From Eledone cirrhosa (taxonomy: Eukaryota), in assembly GCA_964016885.1 (NCBI GenBank), contig OZ024741.1, forward strand, positions 149,420,001-149,484,000: 64,000 nucleotides of DNA, in the 5' to 3' direction. A program made the position numbers and the translations under genes. This document shows positions 25,763-37,560 of this stretch, in pieces (position 1 is the stretch's first letter; each line of letters opens with the position of its first letter). A model generated the notes under the pieces. The model did no database searches, was not told the DNA's origin, and was given only the letters and a program-made list of their open reading frames with translations.

Positions 25763-26324
25763 TAATAAATACTTTTGATGTATTGAAGGCTTCTTTGGTT
25801 TATTTTCATAATATATATGTATATATTATTTAATTTAATCAGATAATTCCAATGATTCATTAATTATTTGTTTGTTTAATAACTCTAGTTGAGAGCTTCT
25901 TATTCCATTTGTTGAACGGAATCAATTCCTTTGTTCACACTTTGAATTTGCCCGCCAAAAACCCGGAGGTTATTTTCCTTTTTGGGGAAAAAGCACGTGA
26001 CAGCGAAACAGTGCCTGCTACTTCTAGCGGTTTACTGCCACATTTCACACCGGATTGAGGCACAGAACGGAAACCTGTTGATAATGTCAGTTATCAAATA
26101 CCACAAACTTGCATATTACGCAAGTAGGATTGTTGATTTGGGATTCATAGAAACCTATCGGAGATATTGCATAATACCCCTCAATACGGTCCAGGTTTGT
26201 TATCTAGCCTGATTGTATTTCGTTGTTTTGGTGAATTATATGGATTTTCTATCTTCTGAAGAGTGACGAGACCCTTATGTTGGCCAACCATTGCTCTTGC
26301 GCCGTCTGTAGCACATGATACAAT

Positions 26325-26490
26325 ATGTGTTGTATGTGGTCCCAGATGTGTGTGCTACCTGCTTATGTGTTGTATGTGGTCCTAGATGTGTGTATTACCT
26401 GCTTGTGTGTTGTATATGGTCCTATATGTATGTATAACCTGCTTATGTGCTGTATGTGGTCCTAGATGTGTGTGCTACCTGCTTCTGTGT
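26325..26490. repeat. 40-bp tandem repeat, ~4 copies
   Basis: tgtgttgtatgtggtcctagatgtgtgtgctacctgctta repeated. Confidence 0.9.
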
Positions 26491-27029
26491 TTTTTTCTTT
26501 TCTGTTTTCCTTTTCCTTTTCTTTTTTTATTTGTAATATTATTTATACAATTGGGAATATAATAGATCTGCATAGTGTTAACTCGTTGTGGTTGAATCAA
26601 TAATTTCAGACATGAAATATATTGTTATCAGTGAAGGAGAGACAAGATTCTAACTGGCTGTGCTCAAAGTGTCTTTGACCCAGTTGACTGTAGGGTTTTC
26701 TGTTTTTAGGATCTCAATTGCCAGTTAATGTCTAGATACGCATTCACACCTGCTCGCAGCTGCGGTCAGACCATAGTTATGCTGTCTGCATGCTCATTCA
26801 AATGCATTCGCACTGGCTGCCTCAGAGACGTACAAATATGGCTTATAAAACTTACCAAAGTAAAGAGCCTTCCAGCATTCCCCTAGCGTCCCTCCAAAGC
26901 TCCAAACGTCCTCCTGGAGCTCCGAAATGCCCCCCCCCCCCCCCCCATTGAGAACCTTTGGTCTAAACTATTATATATATAAGAGTTTATAAGGTTGTTT
27001 TAGTAATATTAACAAACTATGTTACTCAC

Positions 27030-27216
27030 ATTCCTGGTTTACCATTTGCAGGGAGGTCACTAGGCTCGGATGGAACCAGTGAATTACCTTTGAGAACCGC
27101 AAAAGCATAGTGGATCTGGGAACACAGGGAAGGGTCAATATCCTTTGGTGTGAAACTGCCGGCTCCAGGTCTGTATTGGGACCAATTCGTAAAGTAGCAA
27201 ATACGTCGATATGCTC
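27030..27216 (-). CDS. GH18 chitinase coding exon 2 (AYRRICYFTNWSQYRPG...LCSQIHYAFA...KPGM)
   Basis: taccag| acceptor and |gtgagt donor; 187 nt, phase 1/2. The CYFTNWSQYR motif is the N-terminus of animal GH18 chitinases. Confidence 0.96.
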
Positions 27217-27854
27217 CTGGTATGGAAGATAGTGAAAAATAGAAAGATGGAGAAGGAATAGAAAGGAAAAGAATTATATATGCAGACAAATATCATTACT
27301 GAATATAAATCATCATCATTTAATGTCTATCTTCCCTGCTAACAATGGTTCAACAAGTCTTCATAGACCAAGTCAGTACTAACTCAAAGGAGACTACATT
27401 GCACTTATATACATTCCCATACTCCACCAAATGTATTTTATCATGGCACTTACACTAGGGAGATTGTCAAGTTTTTGACACACCTGAAGAGTCAGGAAGA
27501 CTCTTTGTTTGGCAGGTTTACTATGGCTGGATACTCTTCCTATCACCAGTCAGTTTACAGTGTGTAAAGCATCTATAATATTGATATCCTTATGTATGTT
27601 ACATGGATGGAGGAAGAATAAAAAAGTAAGAGAGAAGAATATGTGTTAGAGGGAAAGTGAGAGACAGAAGAAAGTGAACTCCATTTACTTACAGAATGTA
27701 CCACAGTTGGAGGAAGAGGCAAAGAGAGAGAGAGAGAAGAGTGTTAGTCAGAAGGAAAATGGTAAGAGCAAGAGGGCACACTCGCATGTGCACACATACA
27801 TACACAGTGAGAACTGGAGTTGCTGTTTAAGTGAAAACATTATAAGAAGTGACA

Positions 27855-30545
27855 TGGCAGTGGATTAGCAGTATCAGTAGAGGATTGGACAAAATGATTT
27901 GTCATATTTAGTTTCTATGTGCTGAGTTTAAATCCATCTGAGGTCAGTTTTGCCCATCCTTCTGGGGTCAATAAAATAAAGTACCAGTAAAGTATTAGGG
28001 TCGATATAATCAACTTTTTTCTTCCCCCTAAATTGATGGCCTTGTGCCTATGTTAAAAAGAATTATAGGAAGGGGCATTGGTTAATGGTTGTGGTAGTGG
28101 TGGGGATTGTGTTTGAGTGTGTGTGTATGTATTAGTATGAATGTATTTTAAGTGATTCTGTGTCTATGTTGTAAATGAAACTTAAGTAATTCCATATTGT
28201 TTAATAGAATTATGATTCAAGAGAAATTAAAAAATATATTCCAAAATCTTCCATTAATGAAATATTTACTATAAAGCATATTTGGTAATTTTGGCCTTTC
28301 CAGCTAGTTATTACTATTATGGATTTGTTTAGTACCCGACCCACTATACCTGACAAGTCCAGATTGAACAGACCTGTGGTCATAACAGTTTTATTCACAA
28401 CAATCCTGTGTTCTCCCTTACCCCTGATTATACTGCATTTCACATTCTGAGTTCAAATTTTGTTACGCTGAACTTTGTCATTCATCCTTCCAGTGTTAAT
28501 AAAATTATGTACTAGTCTAGGGCATGTGCTGTAGTGGTTAGGGTGTTGGGCTCAAGGTCATTTTATTGTGGGTTTGATGATGATGATGATGATGATGATG
28601 ATTCCTGGACCAGGTGGTGTGTTGTGTTCTTTACCAAAACACTTCATTTCACATTACACCAGTTCACTCAGCTGAAAATTGGTACCAACAATAGCTGGGA
28701 GTTAAACCTGCTATGGACTGGTTTCTTGTCCAGTCATGTACTCTCAGTTGCTTAGCATCAATGAAACCAGGATAAGTTCCAGCCCGATGAGCCTCTGAGC
28801 TTGAAACAGACTTTAACCCTGTGATCATCTGGCATCCTGTCCAAGAGGTGTTGTAGTCTCAGTTACTAACACCAATGAAACTGAGATAAGCTTTGGCATG
28901 ATGAGCCTCCAGGCTTGAGACAGACTTTTTTTCTATGGTACTAAACTAACAGAATCATTAGAACATTGAATGGGAGGCCTGACAGTAATTGTTCTAGCTC
29001 TTTATGCTCAAATCCCTCCATGTCCTCCTTGGTACCTTTAGTAGAATCTACTATGTTTCAAGCATTCAAGCAAGGCCTCTGGTTACCTTCCTACCTCTCT
29101 CTCACCAGTCTTGGAGGCCTTGAATGGGATCTGGAATACTACCTTCCACTTGACTGATTGATAAAAAATCTAGGACTACATTATCCAATGCCTCCTTCAT
29201 TTTTTAAAACAGTAGTGTAGGAGTTAAGGAATATTTTGTTGCTAAAAGGTGCAGAGCACTCAAAGTTGATGGAAGCTACAGAGTAGGAAGGCCCAGGAAA
29301 GTGAGGTGATAAAAACTTACCTTGCAAAAATCGCACATCTCGAAGGCAATGACATAGAACCAAGATCTCTGGCAATATGCAGTAATACAGAAGACCAGCT
29401 TTCCCATGATCATAGGGTGAAGCATACATACATCTAGTGTGCACCACCTACACCTCCATCCCCCTTTCTATACACCTCCTACGTCCTAACACTCAACCCC
29501 TTACACACATCCCTATACCTACTTCCTCAATCCCCACACACCTCCCCCACCAAAGTCCCCAGTCCATACTGTAAAGTAGTCAAGTTGGTATCCCAACAAA
29601 AAGCACTCAACCCACACTGTAAAATGGTTGAGTAAGTGTCAGGACAAAAAGTACCCAGAATACACTATAAAAGTGGTTGGACCATAAAAACCAAACCAGA
29701 AATAGTTCTGTATGAGTAAGTCATAGTCACATGACCCGACTTGCCCCAAATATGACAACCCATCTAACCCATGCTAGAATAGAAAACAGACTTTAAACGA
29801 TGATGATGATGGTGATGATGGTGATGATGATGGTGATGTATTATATATAACATTGTCTGACCTGTGTTACATGTAACCCCTATATTTATAATTTTACTGT
29901 ATTTCTATGTTCAAGCTCTTGTGCATGATAATGAAATCATTGTAAAAGGACAGTGGTTTAATGGAATCATTAAAATTTCATGTAAAATCACTTTCAGTTT
30001 TTAGTTACAGCCCTTTAGATTCTGAGTTCAAATCCCAACAAAGTCAGCTCTGCCTTTCATCCTTTCATTTGTGCCACTGTTATAAACTATTAATATTATA
30101 GTTACAGAATTGTTACAAGGGCGGTGGATTGTTACAGTAGCGGTAGAAAGTTGGACGCCATGCTTTGCAGAGTTACTGCCCTTTATGATCTGAGTTCAAA
30201 TCCCGCCGAGGTTAACTTTACCTTTCATCCTTACGGGGTCGATAAAATAAAGTACCAGTAATACACTGGAATAATTGCTGGCCTTGTGCCAAAAGTAGAA
30301 ACAATTATTGTTACAGAATTAAGGTGGTGTATGGGCAGTGTCAGTAAAGCATCAAACAACAGGCTTTGCAGCATATAGTTTAGTTATGTCCCTTTATGTT
30401 CTGAGTTCAAATCCCACAGAGGTTAGCTTTGCCTTTCATCCCTAAAAATAAAGTACCAGGAATGCACCAGGGTCAATTTGATCAACTTCCCATCCCCAAA
30501 CATTGTTGGCCTTGTCCCTAAATCAAAAACCCTTATTGTTACAGA
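27855..30545 (+). mobile_element. Cluster of SINE copies (Nin/Deu-domain-like at ~27855-28060, 28440-28515, 30020-30545; second tRNA-SINE family at 28520-28930) plus an RTE 3' end (29245-29840)
   Basis: Recurrent ctgagttcaaatccc...tttgcctttcatcct...gtcgataaaataaagtaccag core; RTE (GAT)n tail at ~29798-29838. Confidence 0.75.
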
Positions 30546-31333
30546 GTGCCTCAGAGGTAGCATAAATAGTAGGAAGCTAAACACCCCACCACCATAACAA
30601 ATGTATATGTGCACAGAATAAATAATAATCTATATTATAAAAGAAGACCCGTTTCTCCGTCTGTCTGTCACACTTATATGCATATATATATAATACATAT
30701 AGTTGTTTTTTTTTGGGGGGGGGGGGGTATGTGTGTGTATTTCTGTATGTGTGTGTTTCTGTGTGTCCTTCAACATATAGACAATGCAACACAGACTTTC
30801 ACTATAATGACAAATTGTTGTTGTTGTTGTTATTGTTAAGAGAGAAATACAGTGAGAGAGAGAGAATGTGTGTGAATGGTAGAAAGAATTAAAATTTGTT
30901 TCAAGAAAAAAACAACAGATTGTTGTTGCAGTTGTTGTTGAGAAAAAAATACTGTGAGAGAGAGAGTGTGTGTGTCTGTGTGTGTGTGTGAACGATAGCT
31001 AGATACATAGGTAGAGTGTTGCCACTATAATAACTAACAAGTTTGATTGAAAACGCAGGAATTTAAAGTGCAAGTCTGTCAACACATGTAGAAAAAAACG
31101 TGTGTATGTGTGTGTTTCTGTATGTCTTTCAGCATATAGACCAAGACATTTGTCCGTCACACTTATAGGTGACATATAATGTATATTGTTATTTTTTGGT
31201 TGCTATTGCATTTGTGTATTTTACCAGCAGTGTAACAATGGGTAACAGCTTTGTAAATATAATTGTTAATTACTACATAGTTTGAGAGAGAGAAGTATAT
31301 ATAATGCCAATTGGTAGAAAGGTAAATATATAC

Positions 31334-31671
31334 CAGAGGTCTCAAACCCAAGGACTCAAAAAGGGCATTTTGGGGAGGGGCATGGCAAGCCAAAAGTGAA
31401 ATGAGGGTGATTTTGATTTCCACCAGTTATAATCTGCAATACAGCAGATAGTTTGTTTGTTTTTTTTTTGTTTTTTTTTTTTTTGTTTTTTTTTTGGGGG
31501 GGGGGGGGGGTCATCAACATAAATATGAATATGATAGTAAGTGGGATATGTGAATTAGTACAAAATGTAGAGGGGAAAATTATCCGTTTCAAATAGTCCT
31601 TAATTAATCAAAATTGTTCTACCATGGGTCGTAGAAAAGTAGTTTGCAGGGTTGCATGTTTGTGACCTTTG
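31334..31671. mobile_element. hAT (Charlie-like) MITE
   Basis: TIR cagaggtctcaaac versus the reverse complement caaaggtcacaaac; 8-bp TSD atatatac / atatagac. Confidence 0.75.
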
Positions 31672-32053
31672 ATATAGACACAGACAAACAGGCAGGTAGA
31701 TAGATAGATAGATAAATAGAGACAAACGGACAGATAGATAGACAGACAGATGGACAGACAAACGGTCAGTCAGATAGATAGATGACAGGCATCTACTAGG
31801 TATAGAGGCAGGTGAATATGTAAGTAGGTGGAAAGACAGGTAGGTAGGTAAGTACATAGATAGAAAGATATAGAAAGAAAGAGAGATAGATAGAGAGAGA
31901 GAGAGGTGTAGTTAGATAGATAGAGAAGGAGTAGAGAGAGAATGAGAAGGAGACAGGGGTAGAGAGAGAGAGTGAGACAGAGAGAAGTAGAGAAAGAAGG
32001 AGAAAGAGAAAAAGGATTTCATGGGGAGAAAGATGAAAATAAATGTTACATAC

Positions 32054-32117
32054 CATTTGTTGCTGATATACAGAACAGCAAGCATAAAAGAGCCGGAACT
32101 ATAAACACTTTCATCAT
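32054..32117 (-). CDS. GH18 chitinase coding exon 1: start codon and signal peptide MMKVFIVPALLCLLFCISATNG
   Basis: Hydrophobic leader; |gtatg donor in phase 1 joins exon 2 (G+GA). A ttcag acceptor 1 nt before the ATG implies an upstream non-coding exon. Confidence 0.88.
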
Positions 32118-32307
32118 ACTGAATAACAAAAAATAGTATATTAAGAAGAATAGATTATAACATACACACATAATTACATACATGCACACATACATACACA
32201 CACACAAAAACAAAACACAAACACACACACACATGCATATATATTATATATATATAAACAAGAAGTGTAAGTCAACAGGTTAAAATTAACTTTGTTTATT
32301 CATATTC

Positions 32308-32366
32308 GCTGTTATATATATTTCGGTGATCACCATTATTCAACAGCTATGCCCTCATCAGACAGC
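32308..32366 (-). ncRNA. Minimal type-I hammerhead ribozyme fold with palindromic helix-III loop
   Basis: Reverse strand: GCTGT-CTGATGA-GG[...]CC-GAAA-T-ATAT-ATA-ACAGC. Helix II is weak. Confidence 0.65.
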
Positions 32367-32419
32367 TAGAACTTGGACAGAAAAAATGCCACCAGTCAGT
32401 TCTTTGAGAAAACAAGGTA

Positions 32420-33060
32420 TTAGCTGCTCAGGAATATAAAACAAGGCATGATAGAGTGGGGCAATACTTACACTGGGTAATGTTCAGGTTTTATGGACTG
32501 AAAATGGAGGGAAAATGGTACAACCATCACCCAGATGAGTAACAAGAGGCGAAAACATGACAATCCTCCAGGATTTCCCTGTGAATCAAGGCCAACAGAC
32601 TTGATATAATTGTGAAGGACCATAAAGAGAAAACATGTTTCTTAATTGACATGAACAATCATAACATCTCCTCGAAAGATTTCAGAAAGCTCAGTAATTG
32701 TAAAGATCTATCAATTGAAATTGAGAAAATGTGGCATCTTAAAGCCTTTACAATACCAGTGATAGTAGGTGCACTTGGAATGTTAAAAAGGGGTACTGAA
32801 AAATATTTGGACCAGATACCTGGACAGCCATCTCTGCAAGAGATACAGAAAATAGTGCTGACTGGCACTGTCCATGTCCTAAGAAGGGAATTATCAATTT
32901 AAAAACCTTGCAAAGACATTTACTGTTGTTTATTGTGGCATCATCTGTATGACAATTGATTGTGTGTATTATTAAATTTTGCCTCCAGTGTCAGGTTGAC
33001 ACTTGGCATGGTTCGGGAAAGAAGCAGAATTCAAAGGAAGTATCAAATAATAATGATGAC

Positions 33061-33108
<48 letters not shown>

Positions 33109-35620
33109 AGCAATCCCAGTAGTGAGCTACAGCTTTAATATTCTGAACTGGACACTAAAAGAACTTTCTGGAATAGATAGAAAAACGAGAAAAATAATGA
33201 CTGCATTTAGAATACACCATCCAAAATCAGACATAGAAAGATTATACCTACCAAGAACACAAGGAGAAAGGGGCCTTATGCAATTAGAACACTCTTATTA
33301 AATAACTATCATAGGACTACAAAAATATCTAATAAAAAACAAAGGAAAGCTAATACAAATAACCACAAAACATGAACAAAACAAAAAACTGTTCTCAGTC
33401 TTCAAGGAAGCTCAAAAATTCAAATTAGAAACTGGACTAACAACAACAGAAATTGTGAAAGACATAAAATTTAAATTGAAAACTGACCTCCAGAATGCTA
33501 TGTTAAAATGATGGCAAGAGAAATCCTTACATAGCCAAGACCCAAAAAGGCTAAATAGAAAGGAAGTAGACAAACAAAGCACACAAAACTGGCTCCGAAG
33601 CACTGAACTAAAAGCTGAGATGGAAGGATTTCTAATTGCAGCACAAGACTAAAGCCTACCCACCAGAAACTAACAGAAGTACATAATGAAACAAAGCACA
33701 ATCACTAACTGTAGAATATGTGGAAAATAAACAATCAACCACATTATTTCTGGATGCCCAGCTCAAGCCAATAAGGAATATATCCACAGGCATGATAGAG
33801 TTGGGATCTTCATACACTGGAAGTTATGCCAGCATTATGAAATACCAACAGAAAAAGATGGTACAAACATACACCAGAAAAAGTGTCAGAGAATGACAAA
33901 GCAACCATTCTCTTTGATATGCCAATACATACAGACAAAGAGTGAAGGCGCATGACTTAGTGGTTAGAGCATTGGGCTTGCAATCGAAAGGTTGTGAGTT
34001 CAATTCTCAGACAGGATGATGTGTTGTTTCCTTGAGCAAGACACTTTATTTCACGTTGCTCCAGTTTACTCAGCTGTAGAAATGAGATGATAGGGGTCCC
34101 TATCATTAAATTACCCAAGGCACCTCCAACGAGATATACCTTGGAGGAGGCCAGCTAAACCTGCATAGGTGTGAGCTGTCACACACACACACACATAGAG
34201 ACAAAGAGATCAAAGCCAACCAATCAGATATTATAGTCAAAGACCACAAAGAAAAAAAATACCTTCTAATAGATGTATCAATCCCCACATACGACAATAT
34301 ATCTTCCAAGGAAATAGAGAAATTCTCCAAATATAAAGATCTAAAGATAGAAATAACATGAATGTGGATGTTGAAGACAGAAACAATACCTATAATTATA
34401 GGTGCTCTGGGAATGATAAAAAAGCACACAGACAGATACATGACAAAAACTCCAGGACTTACAAATATACACAACATACAAAAAATAGCATTATTAGGCA
34501 GCACACACATATTACAAAGAGTACTCTCAATACATTAGAAACAACACCTACAAAAACTACATTGCTCATACCCAAGGCGCACAGAGCTGTGCTTGGTAAA
34601 GCAGTAATGATGTGCAATAAAAATAATAATAATAATAATGATAATCATATGTGTGTTGTAATTGCTGTTGCGTATCCATTTGATACACAGCTAGTTAAGA
34701 AAATAGACATGTACAATGCACTTAAATATGAGAAAGCCTGGCTATGGAAAATGAAAAAGGTAAAGATAATACTGTTTGTTGTTGGGACCTTGGGGACAGT
34801 ATCAAAAGATATTGAGAGGAGCATAAAGAAAATGGTAATAAAGTGTCCAGTAGAGCTATTGCAAAAGGTTTGTCTCTTTGGCATGGCCAGAATTATCAGA
34901 AAAGTACTAGATAGTGGAAGAGAACAAATATCATGGTACTGTAGGTTGCAGGTAGCAAGCCAGTTACTCATGCAAGAATCCAAGAATTCCAACAAAAATA
35001 ATCTCAGCTGTGCAAGATCAGGCTTACAGAGCGTGGTATATCAAAAAGAATATAGACAAAATAGACATCCTGGTTGCATATAGAATGTGAGGTGAAAGAG
35101 AAGAAACAGTGGTGCATGTGATTTCTGAATGTTAGATGCTTGGTCAGAAATATTATAAGAGCTGGAGATATGACAAGGTTACTACAATCTTACATTGGTG
35201 AATGTGTAAAAGGTATGAGTTTAAGAATGTGAAAAAGTGGTGTGACCACAAACTAGAGCATATCTTTCAAAACAATAATGTAAAAGTATTATGGGATATG
35301 AAGATTCAAGTGGATAAGTAGATATTGCTATATTCAATAAATAGGAAAGAGTGTGTTGGCTTAGAGTGTTAGGCAAAGAATGTAAGAAAATAGAAAAGTA
35401 CCAAGACCTGAAATACAAAATACAAAGAATCTAAAATTACTGCAAAGTTGACATCATAACAATTATATTAGGGTCCTTAGGGAGGCATGATTGCTTGGCA
35501 CAGCAAGAATCATATAAAAAATGCTTGACACTTAAGGCTACAGAAGACAGCTTGATATCTAACAATCTAAATACTGGCAGAGGAACATCAAAGTTCTGAG
35601 TAAAGAGAAAATAATAATGA
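32420..35620 (+). mobile_element. Tandem pile of degenerate R4/Dong-like LINE 3' fragments separated by (AAT)/(GAT)n tracts
   Basis: Repeated PVIVGALG, PIIIGALG and VVGTLG endonuclease ends, plus HPKSDIERLYLPR...GGL-like and RHDRVG segments. Confidence 0.8.
33943..34193 (+). mobile_element. Full-length tRNA-derived SINE with (CA)n tail, inserted in a Dong-like LINE
   Basis: A and B boxes; ~15-bp TSD catacagacaaagag (33928-33942) / catagagacaaagag (34194-34208). Confidence 0.88.
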
Positions 35621-36264
35621 TAATAATATACTTATTTACATGTTGACAAATGTGTTGGTCAGTGTCACACAAATGAAAGGCAACAAGATCAGTCTGATGG
35701 TGAGAGACCAAGGTTTTGTTATTTATAGGCAACAGCAGCATTAGGTGGGTGTTTGGTCGTTCTCATTAAGCAAACAAATAAACAACACCTGGACACCTAG
35801 AAGAAGAAGAAAACTGCAACAGTAGCAGAATTGTTATTTTTCCTTAAACAAACAAAATACCAAAAAGCCCAAAAAGGATGATATTATATGTAAACTCCAG
35901 ATACCTAAAAATAAAATGCAATTTTGTCATTTTCATTAAGTGCTGGTTAATGACACAATCTGCTTTTTTACAAAGTATTATAAAGTGGTAGACACGTGCT
36001 GAAATACTAAGTAACAGATAAAAAATATTGATTGCTTTTCGGAGCCCTGTGTGTCTAATAAAGAAAGCATTATCAAACCCAATGCTTGTTTTAGTGATGG
36101 TGTTTTTTTCTGGATTATCCCCAAGGTCACTTCCATTTGTATCATTTGATGACTGCAGTGTTTTGTATGTGAACAGGTTTCATATATGGAGGAGGGTGTT
36201 ATGTATAATGTGTGATGTGCCCAGCACTACAATATATTCTGCAGGGTGCATATGGTGTATATAA

Positions 36265-37560
36265 CACTGTATTGCAGGCTATAACAGAGGAGTTTAAGAC
36301 CGGATGCCCATGGGAACTTCTGTATGCGGATGATCTTACACTTATAGCTGAATCTATAGTAGAACTAGAGAAGAAATTCCAAACTTGGAAGCAGGGATTA
36401 GAAAGAAGGGGGCTCAAAGTCAACCTGACAAAGACTAAGGTCCTCGTAAGTAGATGAGAAAACAGAACCCAGATCCCCTCAGGGAAATGGCCTTGCTCAG
36501 TATGTAGGAAAGGTGTAAGTAGGAATTCTATCCTCTGCCCCAAATGCAAACTATGGGTACACAAGAGATGTAGTGGGATCTCAGGAAGCTTAGTTAGGAA
36601 TGTAGGCTTCACATGTAGCAGCTGCACCAGGACAGTAAGCAGAAAACAAGCACCACCAAACTCTGGGAGAGCTCTATAGAAACAGTAGACAGCTTCTGCT
36701 ACCTAGGAGACCGAATTAGCAGCAGAGGTGGGTGTTCTAAAAGTACAGTAACCAGGGAAAGAACAGGATTGAAGAAGTTTAGAGAGAGCTACTGCCACTG
36801 CTGGCTGCAAAAGGTTTTTCCCTCAAAATGAAAGGCAGACTGTATGATGTGTGCATATGAACAGCAATGTTACATGGTAGTGAGACCTGGGTGCTGTGTG
36901 TAGAAGACTTGCGTAGATTAGAAAGAAACAAAGCTTGCATGCTCCAATGGATGTGTAATAGTAATATATGCAAACAGCAAAGCATAAACGAACTGAGAGA
37001 CAGACTGAACATAAGAGGAATCAAATGCTGTGTGCAGGGTATGGACATGTGATGCGTATGAAGGATGACAGCTGCATAAAAAGGTGCAGAGCACTAAAAG
37101 TTGATGGAAACCATGGAGTGGGGAGACCCAAGAAGACCTGGAATGAGGTGATAAAAGCGGACCACCTTGCCCAATTGCACCTCTCAACGGCAATGACACA
37201 GGACCGAGACCTCTGGCGTTACGCAGTAATACAGAAGACCCGACTTCCCACGGGAACAAGCTGAAGCCGAACAATATAGGCAATATGCCCCCATCCCCTC
37301 CCACTGCAAAGTGGTCGTGGAGGTGTCATGACAAAAAAAGCACCCAGACCACACTGTAAAGTGGATGTGTAGGCGCCATGGAAAAAAAAGCACCCAGCAC
37401 TCACTGTAAATGAGGTTGGTGTTAGGAAGGGCATCCAGCTGTAGAAATCAAGCCAAAATCAGTTCCCGTATGAGCAAGACAAAGTCAGCTGACCTAACAT
37501 TGCCCACAACCCATGCTAGCGTGGAAGAATCGACGTAAAACGGTGATGATGATGATGATA
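36265..37560 (+). mobile_element. 5'-truncated RTE LINE (same subfamily as 52785-56060)
   Basis: LQAITEEFKTGCPWELLYADD and MLHGSETW; (GAT)n tail. Confidence 0.92.

Noticed and set aside
26256-26285. CTGAAGA motif; similar isolated motifs near 39930, 59670 and 61002
   Set aside because: No correctly placed GAAA, NUH and closing helices.
28783-28812. ccgatgagcctctgagcttgaaacagact resembling a hammerhead core
   Set aside because: It is the 3' stem-loop tail of a SINE (repeated at ~28898-28927); there is no helix I or III.
33945-34010. tRNA-Cys-like sequence (also ~25130-25198 on -)
   Set aside because: It lacks a proper acceptor stem and continues into a SINE body with a TSD, so it is a SINE head rather than a tRNA gene.
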